From NCBI GenBank assembly GCA_963804955.1, contig CAWDSQ010000019.1, forward strand, positions 1-54,540: 54,540 bases of DNA, in the 5' to 3' direction. Below, one piece after another: positions 9,952 to 20,074 of the stretch. The stretch's first letter is position 1. Each line of letters starts with the position of its first letter. The translations under genes were made by a program, and so were the position numbers. The notes under the pieces are model-generated. The model had not been told where the DNA came from and made no database searches. It saw nothing but the letters and a program-made list of their open reading frames with translations. The stretch is from an uncultured delta proteobacterium (GTDB taxonomy: Bacteria; Desulfobacterota; WTBG01; CAIYCZ01; CAIRTM01).

Positions 9952-11403
9952 CTATAAGGGTCGCGCCGGGCGTTTAGACGACAAATGCCGGTCGCCTAAA
10001 ATGCTCTTCACAAAGGCCACTCCGCTGATGAATGCCGATTTGATGCCCGCGCGGCGTAAACGGTGGATGATGCGCCGGGGCGTCAGATAAAACATCAAAA
10101 ATGCCTTCTTTTGCAGCTTAATCAAATCTTCCCTGGTCAGATCATTGACCGTAATGACTGCATTGCCGTATTTGCGATATTGCGCGTAATCTTCGCTCAG
10201 CAACTTCAACCCGCCTTCGCCCTTGAGCGCCATGTCATACAGCCTTGTGCCTGGAAACGGGGTGGTAATGTTTACATACATTTCATCGCAATCGCGCAGC
10301 TGTTTGATGAACTGAAAGGTATTGTTGACGGTTTGCCGGGTTTCGTAGGGATGCCCGATCATGAAAAACCCCTTGGTTTCAAGCCCGGCTTTTTTGGCAA
10401 TGGCCAGCGCACTGAGAACATCCTCATTTTTGACATCGGGTCGGATAACCTTCAAAATCTCCGGATCGCCGCTTTCGATCCCAAAGGATAAGGTCGTAAA
10501 ACCTGCTTTTTGCATCAAGTCCGCGACTTCTTGATCGATTGCCTTCGGACGCGTCCACCCTTCCATGCTGAGTTGTAAGCCGCGATCCAGAATTCCCTGG
10601 CAGACAGCCATGAATCTTTTTTTATGCAGCGTGAGGGTTTCATCTACAAAAGCGAGATGGGTAATGTGCAGTGTATTGGCGATGTAGTCAAATTCCTGCA
10701 GCACATTCTCCACGGAGCGGTAGCGGACTTTTTTCCCGGACATGGCTTCCGCAGAGCAATACAAACAGCCATATGGACACCCCCGCCCGGTGGTTACTGG
10801 CAGAAAGGGAATCACGCCTTTCTGGGGAACATGCGTCATGTATTTTTCCAGCTTTAACGAGGCAAAATCAGGGAAGGGAATGGCATCGAGATCCTGGATG
10901 AACGGCCGTGGCGGATTCACCCTGATCTGCCCGTTCTTTCGATAGATCAAGCCCTGAATTGCCTCCACCTCTTGCTGCGACGCAAGAGCGGTCACCAGCT
11001 CTTTGAAGGTCTCTTCGCCTTCCCCGGAAACGCCATAATCAATCGCAGGAGTGCTTTGCATGGCATGTTCGGGCATTAAGGTAATATGCGGGCCGCCCAG
11101 CACGATGGGTATATTTTTGCTTTGTTTAATAGCCTGCGCGATCTTCTGCGCATTGTGGAACACGGTGGTAGCTGCGGTAATCCCGACTAGATCAGGGTGG
11201 CAGGACAAAATCAAATCGATGATTTGCTGATCGGGCAATTCCTCCACATCGCAATCGATAATCGTGGCTGAATGCCCGGCTTGTTTAATGGTGCTTGATA
11301 AATAACAAAGACCTAACGGCGGATAAAACACCGAGGTTTTCGCTGATTCCTTGAATTCCCCGTACGTCTCGATCCACGGTGGATTGACGAGCACAATATT
11401 CAT
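9952..11403 (-). CDS. B12-binding domain radical SAM protein
   Basis: MNIVLVNPP..PPLGLCYL, VLGGPHIT, GEGE, RGCPYGCLYC, FGIESG, TPFPGT; start reassigned to ATG 11403. Confidence 0.92.
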   Translation of the reverse strand: MNIVLVNPPWIETYGEFKESAKTSVFYPPLGLCYLSSTIKQAGHSATIIDCDVEELPDQQIIDLILSCHPDLVGITAATTVFHNAQKIAQAIKQSKNIPIVLGGPHITLMPEHAMQSTPAIDYGVSGEGEETFKELVTALASQQEVEAIQGLIYRKNGQIRVNPPRPFIQDLDAIPFPDFASLKLEKYMTHVPQKGVIPFLPVTTGRGCPYGCLYCSAEAMSGKKVRYRSVENVLQEFDYIANTLHITHLAFVDETLTLHKKRFMAVCQGILDRGLQLSMEGWTRPKAIDQEVADLMQKAGFTTLSFGIESGDPEILKVIRPDVKNEDVLSALAIAKKAGLETKGFFMIGHPYETRQTVNNTFQFIKQLRDCDEMYVNITTPFPGTRLYDMALKGEGGLKLLSEDYAQYRKYGNAVITVNDLTREDLIKLQKKAFLMFYLTPRRIIHRLRRAGIKSAFISGVAFVKSILGDRHLSSKRPARPL

Positions 11404-11428
11404 GGCAATTGCAGGGCTGTTCAGAGTT

Positions 11429-11656
11429 TTAGTACACAGGTAGCAACTGAGACCGACAGGTATTACAAAGCCTGCCAGCTGAATTTTCGGCATTATCAAC
11501 GCATACCTGAAAGCGCTGATACATTGGCTGCGGGTTCTTTCCCGAATCAGTTACAAGATACGTTTGACATACGTTGTGATTTACCCATACCAGTTCGCAC
11601 GCTGGATTACAAGATGTTTTTGACAAGCACCGGCGGCCGCAGCAGACACCCTTCAC
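11429..11656 (-). CDS. Small Cys-rich hypothetical protein (75 aa, 9 Cys)
   Basis: GTG start 10 nt after an AAGGAGG SD; CNPAC and CNTC motifs; ends 25 bp before the radical SAM start. Confidence 0.5.
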   Translation of the reverse strand: MKGVCCGRRCLSKTSCNPACELVWVNHNVCQTYLVTDSGKNPQPMYQRFQVCVDNAENSAGRLCNTCRSQLLPVY

Positions 11657-11769
11657 CGATAATTGGCCTCCTTTGCCTTGACATGCAATAAACCGGCATT
11701 CTATTTAACTGTACTGTGCAATTTCCCGAAAAAAGGCCTTATGACGGCATAAAGAATTAAAAACATTTA

Positions 11770-12049
11770 TCATTGCGAACTTAGTGAAACAATCCGGCTT
11801 AGTGAGATTGCCGCGGCCTGCGGCCTCGCAATGACATTTTGTTAGAGTATGCGCAATGGCATAAAACTCTATTATGAACCATGCACTGCCCATTGCGAAC
11901 GAAGTGAAGCAATCTTTGCCCTTGTAGTAGGGGCTCAAAATTTTGAGCCCCTACGAAAATCAAGATTGCCACGTCGCGGAGTTTATCCTGAGCTGTGCCG
12001 AAGGGCTTCTCGCAATGGCCCGTACCGGGACTTTTTACGAGGGCATTAA
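11770..12049. repeat. Composite nested REP/MITE-like cluster
   Basis: CATTGCGAAC..GTGAAGCAATC and AGATTGCC..CTCGCAATG pairs, a perfect 28-bp palindrome GTAGGGGCTCAAAATTTTGAGCCCCTAC (11927-11954), a nested ATCCTGAGC..CGAAGGG unit and a GACTTTTTACGAG end. Confidence 0.8.
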
Positions 12050-12100
12050 AATTATGTTGCACAGTACAGCTGCATGTTACACATATAATCCTCATTTGCC

Positions 12101-12130
12101 TTGACACATTACAACCTGTCATTCTATAGT
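12101..12130 (+). promoter_or_regulatory. Probable sigma70 promoter for the algI/algJ-like pair
   Basis: TTGACA (12101-12106), 18 nt, TATAGT (12125-12130). Confidence 0.5.
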
Positions 12131-12269
12131 TTGCGTGTTAAAAATCGATTTTTATCAGCCTGGATTGCCTGTATAATAATCAATTTTAAGCACCGGGATG
12201 CCCTGCCTTGTAGGCGGTGAGTATCACAAGGCCGTCAAATACAGCTTGCTAAAGTACTATATTAAGCCC

Positions 12270-13724
12270 ATGCTTTTCAGCTCACCCATATTTTTATACT
12301 TTTTTCTCCCGCTTACGCTGCTGTTTACGTATATCAGTCCGAAAAGTATTCGCAATTACATTCTCCTGCTGGCAAGTTTACTTTTTTACGCCTGGGGCGG
12401 TATTGGTTTTGTAGCGCTCTTGATTTTTTCCTTCACGATTACCTTCTTTTTCGGTTTGGCCATAAACGCAGCCCAAGCTGCATACCCACAAGACAGTCGC
12501 TCTCGCGATGGGTATCATATGCAACCTGGGGGTTCTGGTTTATTTTAAATATATGAACTTCTTTGTCTTCAATGTGAACAGCGTACCCTTTCAACAGGCG
12601 GATTTCCGTCAATTGAGTTCAGCAAAATAATTTTACCGATAGGTATCTCTTTTTTTACCTTTCAGGCCATTTCATATCTGGTTGATGTGTACAGAAACAA
12701 CGCGCCCGTGCAGAGAAATTTTGTCAAGCTCGCCCTGTATATTTCTTTTTTTCCGCAGCTACTGGCTGGTCCCATAGTGCGCTACAAAGACGTTGCGGAT
12801 CAAATTGAATCCCGCATAACCACCCTTGATTCATTTGCAAGCGGAATCAAAAGATTTGTTTTAGGCTTGGCTCGAAAAGCTCTTATTGCCGACCCCATGG
12901 CTTTGGTTGCCGACCAGGCTTTCAGCATCTCACCCGATCAGCTTACAACACCCATGGCATGGCTGGGAATAATAGCGTATACGCTGCAAATATACTTTGA
13001 CTTTGCAGGATATTCCGATATGGCCATCGGGCTTGCACGAATGTTTGGATTTGAATTTCGAGAAAATTTCAATTTCCCCTATATTTCTCGTTCCATCCAA
13101 GAATTCTGGCAGCGCTGGCATATTTCTCTTTCCACCTGGTTTCGCGATTATCTGTACATTCCTTTAGGCGGCAACAGATATTCGCCGGTGCGCACATATG
13201 TAAACTTATTACTCGTTTTCTTTGTTTGCGGTTTCTGGCATGGCGCTGCCTGGAACTTTTTAATCTGGGGCATGATTCACGGCTTCTTCATCATTATCGA
13301 ACGCCTCGGCTTCGAACATGTGTTAAACAAGCTTCCCCGGCCTCTCAGCCACGCATACGCGCTAGCCGTTGTAATGATTGCCTGGGTTTTTTTTCGCGCC
13401 GACGACTGGCCACACGCAGTAGCATACCTCAAGGCCATGTCCGGCCTTAATGCCAGCGACTTCCAGTTCTTTCAGGTTTTGGAATTTGTAGACGCTGAAT
13501 TTATCGCCATTGCCGTTATTGCACTTTTGGGGGCAACGCCCGTTTTCACTAAAGCACTTTCTCTGTGGCAGCTGCAAATTAAATCCACCTCCCGATTTGT
13601 CCGCGCATGGGCCGGCCATTCATATTACATTTCGTCATTTGTTTTCGTTGTTTTCTGTCTTTTATTCTCATCGATGTACCTCATTACAAACTCATATAAT
13701 CCATTTATTTACTTTAGATTTTAA
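12270..13724 (+). CDS. MBOAT O-acyltransferase, AlgI/DltB/PatA family (two frameshifts near 12480-12610)
   Basis: MLFSSPIFLYFFLP, ASLLFYAWG, LPIGISFFTFQAISY, FFPQLLAGPIVR, FWQRWHISLSTWFRDYLYIPLGG, catalytic FWHGA, C-terminal NPFIYFRF. Confidence 0.92.
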
Positions 13725-13727
13725 GCA

Positions 13728-14876
13728 ATGGAACAGAAGACAGCAAACATATACAGCTCTATCAGCACTGTTATTTTTCTTATCATACTCTGCCTGCCGC
13801 TCAGCAATCAGGTTATAGGATATTACAAACATAAAGATGGTGAAATAAGCAAACTGGAAAACCGTGTATTAGCAGCCAAACCGGCATTCAACCTGAAAAC
13901 AATAGATTCATATCCGGCCGCTTATGAAAAGTGGTACAATGACCATTTTCTGTGGCGCAGCAGTATTTTGCGCTGGCATCATTTGATGAGCTATTTCCTT
14001 TTCTCAAAATCGCCCATCCCTCAAAAAGTGGCCATAGGAAAAGATGGGTGGCTTTTTGAAACAGACAAGGAACGCGCCTTTTTCATTGGGGCATTTACAC
14101 GCAGCGATGAGGACATAAAAAAACTAATTGACGAACTGCACGATCGAACTGAAGCATACGCAAAAATGGGCATTAAATTCTACGTCCTTTTAGCGCCCAT
14201 GAAGCAGGAAATATATCCGGAAAAACTGCCGGTTTATTATCGCCGCAGCCCAAACGGAACACTGACTGATAAAATTATTGCGGCAATTAAAAAAGATCCT
14301 GCCATCAATTTTATTGATTGCAAAGCCGAGCTTCTTGAACAAAAAAAAACTCGGCACGTGTATTATAAAACTGACAATCACTGGAATGAACTCGGCGGGT
14401 ACTATGCATACAAAACAATTATAAATCGATTATCTCTTGACTTTCCAGCCCTTAAACCAATTCCCCTCACACACATACAATTTAAAAAAGAAATCCGTAC
14501 TGGCGGCAATTTAGCCACTATGATGGGCCTGGACTTTCATCTTTACGAAGAGCACTTCAGCCCGAAAATTCTGCAGTCAAAAGCAACAGCCGCGGCCAAG
14601 CGCAATTACCCGGTCCCTCCCGGCTTTGTCAAAGTAGCGGAATATGAAATGGGATTTGAGCAGACCGACAAGGCACTTCCCAAAGCAGTTTTTATCCGGG
14701 ATTCTTACGGTGAGGATCTGATCCCGTATTTGAAAGAAAATTTCAGCCGCTCATTATTTATTTTTGATGCCTGGAAATATATGTTCAACAAAGAAATTAT
14801 TGAAGCCGAACAACCGGATATTGTTGTTTTGGAAATTTTTGAGCCGTATATTTTTAATATGCTAGAGCTGAACTGA
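13728..14876 (+). CDS. AlgJ/AlgX-like periplasmic O-acetyltransferase (DHHW-type)
   Basis: N-terminal anchor, ENRVLA, GKDGWLF, YYKTDNHWN, RDSYG; directly follows the MBOAT gene. Confidence 0.85.
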   Translation: MEQKTANIYSSISTVIFLIILCLPLSNQVIGYYKHKDGEISKLENRVLAAKPAFNLKTIDSYPAAYEKWYNDHFLWRSSILRWHHLMSYFLFSKSPIPQKVAIGKDGWLFETDKERAFFIGAFTRSDEDIKKLIDELHDRTEAYAKMGIKFYVLLAPMKQEIYPEKLPVYYRRSPNGTLTDKIIAAIKKDPAINFIDCKAELLEQKKTRHVYYKTDNHWNELGGYYAYKTIINRLSLDFPALKPIPLTHIQFKKEIRTGGNLATMMGLDFHLYEEHFSPKILQSKATAAAKRNYPVPPGFVKVAEYEMGFEQTDKALPKAVFIRDSYGEDLIPYLKENFSRSLFIFDAWKYMFNKEIIEAEQPDIVVLEIFEPYIFNMLELN

Positions 14877-14972
14877 TAAACCGGCAGATGAATACAGGCG
14901 GGAATAGGGCTTTGCTTTACAAAGCATGCTGGCAGAATCGATATATGAGCGGCTGCAGGCTCCCCAAACGCG

Positions 14973-16049
14973 CTATGGTTTCTTCGCAGGCAATAGGGGC
15001 GCGATAAACCGAACTATTTCTTGAGCGAAGGCTGCGTTTGCCTTGCCGCTGAAATGACCGTTTTCTTCCCAGTACATCCCCTTTAAATCGGGCATTGCTC
15101 TCATAAACGGCGTGAAATCATAATACGGGATCGCGTTGGCTTCGGCAAACCTGCGTTGATAGCTGTGAAATGCAGGCTCATAGATTTGATCTGCGGCGAG
15201 ATTGAACTGCTTGCGCCACTCAAGGCAATAGGAGCGGGTAACAGCCGGAGCATAGGGATAATTCAATATGGCTGTTTGCGATCCCTGCGAGCGGACATAG
15301 CGCTGGATTGCAAGCAAAAGCTCCTCGGTTTTTGAAAAGGCGTTTTTCCCATTTTGGCGCCTCCTCAGGCCTATAATGCGCATAGCGATTTTCAAAAGCC
15401 AGCAGCTGATCGCTCGTAACCTGCTCCGCTGATTTGAAATATTTTCCCAACCGCTGATACAGCACCGAACAGGTAATCCTGATGAGCTTAACGCGATATG
15501 CCAGGGGCAATAAAAATTCCGGGACTCCTTCCAGGTAGGGCCGAACGGCTACCGGAAGCCCTTGCGCATCCCTGATCATGGTTCGCGCATACAGCAGATC
15601 ATCCTGCGGGTCGCTGTCATCAACCGCAATTACGACTACATGAGGCCTGATCCGAGCAAAATATTCTTTTATCAGAATTCCGTAGATGCTGGGGCTGTAG
15701 GAAACGACACCTAAATTGAACACCTGGATATTCCGGGAGGCACCCCTGCAACTGTGCCGTCCCTGAAATAGGTCTGCACAAGATGCGGAAATGTATCTTG
15801 TATGTCATAGCATATACCCCAGGTAAAACTGTCCCCCAAAAAGACGATACGGAAAGCGGAAGGGTCTGGTTCAGCCAGTGGCTCTCTGAGAGACACCGGA
15901 TGATGATGTGTCTCTAAAACATTGGTGACCCGAATAACATGAGAATCATTAATTTCAGGAAGGTAGTGCCGGCAGCACCATTCAGCCACAGCCAGCGATG
16001 CGGCTGTGGAGAATAGTGTGATGAGCATCAACAGTACACGGTTGTTCAT
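14973..16049 (-). CDS. SGNH/GDSL hydrolase-family protein (two frameshifts)
   Basis: N-terminal TM; block I FLGDSFTWG, block II NLGVVSYSP and block V ENGHFS across three overlapping ORFs. Confidence 0.75.
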
Positions 16050-16339
16050 GCGAAAGCCCCGGTCATTTTGGTATACTCTGAAGCAGTCCGTATTGAATTC
16101 ATTATAGCAGTCAGGATGAAAAAACAACCATATCCTGCGTTATATTTCACCTGCATACTTTAATCTTGCCTGTATAGGAGTTCAGTGTATATCTTCACGT
16201 GATTTTCTCCGGCATGATGGCCAAGAGGGCTTGTACGCTGCCTTGCGGGTGAAGGTTATTCACAGACTTTCAGCTTGCATGAATCGGCAGTTAATTATAG
16301 GATCAGTGTGATTTTTCCGGTGGGTATGAGGGGATACTG

Positions 16340-18366
16340 ATGCCGGCCGGAAATCAATATGCACAAGAACAAACAAGATTTCCATTGGAGCACACCATGG
16401 ACAAGGCATATAAAGGGGGCAGCCTGAATGCTCTGTATATAACCCATGTCGGCGTGCTGCTGGCCGGACTGCTGGCCGGACTATTTGTTGCCTACCATGT
16501 CGTCAGCTCTTGATTTTGATTTCACTGCCGAATTGAGGCGGGCAAAAGAGCTGGGAATCGTCAGCTACACGGTTGTGAACAATTATGCCAAATCCAGGGA
16601 TATTCTGGCCTATATAGTTTTGCTGGTAGTGCCGGTCCTGTCGGCAACCGGCAGCCTGGCTCATCTGGGCACGCCGGGAACAAAGGGCCGGGCTCTCGCA
16701 GGCTTTTCTCTGCTGACAGGCAACAATCTGCCGGACAAGGGACATGACCTGGCTCCTGTGCCTGGCAGGTGTCATCGGCGTGTATCTGGTGTGTTCATGG
16801 AATATAAATTATTTTTACCGGCCAAACGGCTGGTGGGATTTGCTGGGCGAAGAAGGGGAAAATCTCGCCTGGGCTCATTCAGTGCTGACAGGCGGCGTGT
16901 ATGGCAAGGATTTTCACTGCCTCTACGGCCCCCTGCTGGTCTATCCGCTGGCATGGGCCATGGAGTTGTTCGGCGTCACCATTATCACCGAACGGGCCTA
17001 TACGCTTTTGTCTGAACCTGGCCGCCTACGGGATCATTATTTGTTTCCTTTATACGACCTGCCGCGGCAGGCTGACATTTATCATGGCCGCCTTTGTCTA
17101 TCTGCTGGCATTTTGCCCCCAGTATTTTTTGTCGCCCAACTGTTCATATCTGCGCGTGGCGCTGGGCGTGCTCCCGCTGCTTTGCGCGTATCTGTATCAG
17201 CAGAGCGGCAGAAAGGCGCTTCTGGTCGCAAGCGGCGGCGTCATTGGCCTGAGTCTGCTGTTCAGCCAGGAGGTCGGCCTCTGCTCGGCTGCCGCGGTTT
17301 TTTTCTGCATGATCCTGCATGCGGCTGCCGAGAAAGACGTATAAAAAATTGCCCGGCAGGATGCTGCTCATAGCAGCGGCGGCGCGGTAACGCTTGCGCC
17401 CATGATCGATTTATTTTTTTATTAAGGACGCGATGGGCCCTGTCTTTATACATGCTGTACGACGTATCCGAAGTGGGTGCCCTTGGCTCAGCCAACCTGC
17501 CGATACCATCCTTTGCCACCTTTCTTGCAGAACCACTGCGGGAAGAACCTCTTCTGTACTACGGCATAATCGGTGTGTATGTGTGTAGCGCGGTTTTTCT
17601 GATCCCCCTTCTGCTCATGGGGCGGCTCACTCGCGACAACATTCTAACCGCGAGCCTGATCGTTTTTGGCGCATTGCTGTTCCGTGCCGCCCTTGGGCGC
17701 AGCGATCAGTATCATGTGTATTATGCATCACAGCCCGCTTTTCTGCTGATGCTGCTCGCATTTGACCGGGCAGTTGCCGGCGTGCGGGGACGGCTTGCCG
17801 GTTTTTGTCAAGGCCGGCAATGTTCTGATAACGGCTGTGTCTGCTGATTTTCTTCTAGTCCTTTTGTTTAATCATTCACATAATTTGGGAAACAGTTTCC
17901 GGTCGGTTGGGCGTGATATCAAACACTTTTCCGAATAAATGGACGCGGGTCATGAATGGCGTCGAAGTCCGCGGCACTGGCCAGAGGCTCCTGTGCTTTT
18001 TGAGCCGGTCATGGCCGATACGTTTGACAAAATCAAAACCTTTCTTGATGCCCATACAGCGCCCGGCGATTATGTGTATTTTTTCCCCAATGAAGCCGCA
18101 TATTATTTCTTGTTTCAACAGGACCAATCCCACCCGTTATGCGTATGCCTGGTGGGCGATAACGACTGAACATCGACGGGAACTGGCTGCCGATCTGGAG
18201 AAAAACAAGCCCCGCTATATCATCTATTCCCTGAACACATGGCGTTATGACGGTATTGCCGAGGATCAACATGGTTCCCGAAGTTGTCAGTTATATGCGG
18301 CAAAGATACAAACAGATCCAGGATATGGGCTTGTTTCTGATTCTTGAGAGAAATAACGGGGGGTGA
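16340..18366 (+). CDS. Large polytopic membrane protein, GT-C-like (multiple frameshifts)
   Basis: Pieces include DLLGEEGENL..YGKDFHCLYGPL, FSQEVG, RAALGRSDQYHV and C-terminal YVYFFPNEAAYYFL/NPTRY/KPRYII; last frame stops at 18366. Confidence 0.6.
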
Positions 18367-18525
18367 GAGCGTGGACCATGACAAGGCCAACAAATTTAAG
18401 TCATGCAGCGCGGGAGCAAGCAATGCAGGCGTATGAGTGGGATGCTCGGGCTGCCTGGTGGGTACGGAGACGCAATCGTAACGATGCCATAGATTTTGGC
18501 AAGCTTGTATGTTAGAATCAAATAT

Positions 18526-18575
18526 CTTGACTCAAGCAGGGGGAAGCCCTGCCGGTCGAGGGTTTTTTGTTTTTG
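18526..18575 (+). terminator. Hairpin plus T-tract (terminator or attenuator)
   Basis: CTTGAC..GCAGGG-GGAAG-CCCTGC..GTCGAG followed by GGTTTTTTGTTTTT. Confidence 0.45.
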
Positions 18576-18624
18576 TCCGGAATCGAACCACGGGGTTTCT
18601 AAAAAATTTTTCAGGAGGACAGTT

Positions 18625-19927
18625 GTGAGAAAAATTTTTATGCTTCTAATGCTGGTAGTTGCTTTAAGCGGGTTGGCCGCGTGCAAAAAAAATCCGATTG
18701 CAATTTCCGACAATGACCTCAAAAAGTCGCTGCCCGATGTCGCCTACAATTCGGCAGACAATACCTTCTTCGTTTTCTGGGCTGCCGTGCCGGGCGAAGA
18801 AAGCCAAACAAACGATCGCTTTATTTACGGGCAGAAAATGTCAAGCTTTGGCAAGGCGCTGGGCGAACCTGTTGAGGTGTTGAAAACCTCGAACGTAGCC
18901 GCAATGCCCCGCGTGCTCTACAATCCGAACAAAAACCAGTACCTGGTCATCTATGGTGAAATGCAGAGCAACATGAACATTCGGGGTGTCATACTGGATA
19001 CCAACGGAACACAGGTAGCAGGGCCCTTTAATGTGACCGATGTGCCAGCAAACCAGTTTCACTATACCATGGCCTTCAACTCAACAAAAAATCAGTTTTT
19101 TATAACCTACAACGACAGCAGGAATGGAGCCGGCAATATTTTCGGGATTATCTTTGACGAGACGGGCGCGGTAGTAAAAAATGAATTTATCATTAGCAAT
19201 GCGGTAGGCCACCAGGTCAACCCGGTAGTCTGCTACAACCCGCAGGATGACACCTACCTTATCAACTGGGAGGATTTCAGGCAGCATGGCGACAATCTAA
19301 CGGCTTACGGAACTCTGGATGTGATGACCAATATTATGGGTGCTCTTCTGGATGGAGACGGCAATATTCTGGTAAATGATATTGCAATGTGCGTAGATGA
19401 CAACGGGACCGATGCCGATCAGCGCTTTAACGGCATAGCCTACAACTCGGATAAAAACGAGTTTCTGGTCACCTGGACCGATACTGACCGACAGCCTGCA
19501 GAATATCGGGATTACGGGCAGAATCGTAAAGGCCGACGGCTCAATGCCTGCGGAAAGTTTTACCGCGGTTGACGCTGCCGGCGCTCAAATGATAGGCCAT
19601 GCCCTGTATGTTCCTGAGCTGCAAAAATACTTTATAGCCTTTGAGCGTGACTTTAACGATGTGGATAATTTTTATTTTAAGGATATCAACGCGCATACGG
19701 ATATCGCGGCCATGTGGCTTGATGGCAATGGTCAGCCTGAGGGAGACATGCTCGATATTTTTACCGGTGACGGCAATCAGCGCTTTGTCCGCTTTGCCCA
19801 AAACACCAAAAACAACTCTTTTTTAATGGCCTGGCAGGATGATTTTCCGGGCGTATCCGATACGGTTGACGGCCATATCATGAGCGCCGGCGGCAATATC
19901 AGCGGCACACTATACCGGCCAAAGTGA
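18625..19927 (+). CDS. Lipoprotein with 7 repeats, probable beta-propeller (one frameshift near 19490)
   Basis: CAGGAGG SD, GTG start, lipobox LAAC, seven repeats of the P-x-V-A-Y-N-x4-Y/F-L-V-x-W type. Confidence 0.7.
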
Positions 19928-19966
19928 TCCTTGCCCGCAGTATAGGGCGGAGCATTAGTGCTTTCC

Positions 19967-19994
19967 GTAGGGGCTCAATATTTTGAGCCCCTAC
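19967..19994. repeat. GTAG-type REP palindrome
   Basis: GTAGGGGCTCAATATTTTGAGCCCCTAC, 1 mismatch to 11927-11954. Confidence 0.85.
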
Positions 19995-20074
19995 TGCTTT
20001 TATTAAACATGGAATGCGCTGACGGCAGAAACAGCTAAACTTTGTGGCCCCGGTTTGTCCGGGCCGGATAATCT

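Noticed and set aside
7658..11651. Shared 12-mer CAGCAGACACCC upstream of both B12-rSAM genes (7658, 11640) as an operator or ops-like site
   Set aside because: 12-bp matches are expected by chance in 54 kb; distances to the starts differ and one copy lies inside the Cys-rich ORF
11705..12122. Short ORFs across the repeat cluster
   Set aside because: Translations of palindromic repeats (VGAQNFEPL appears on both strands)
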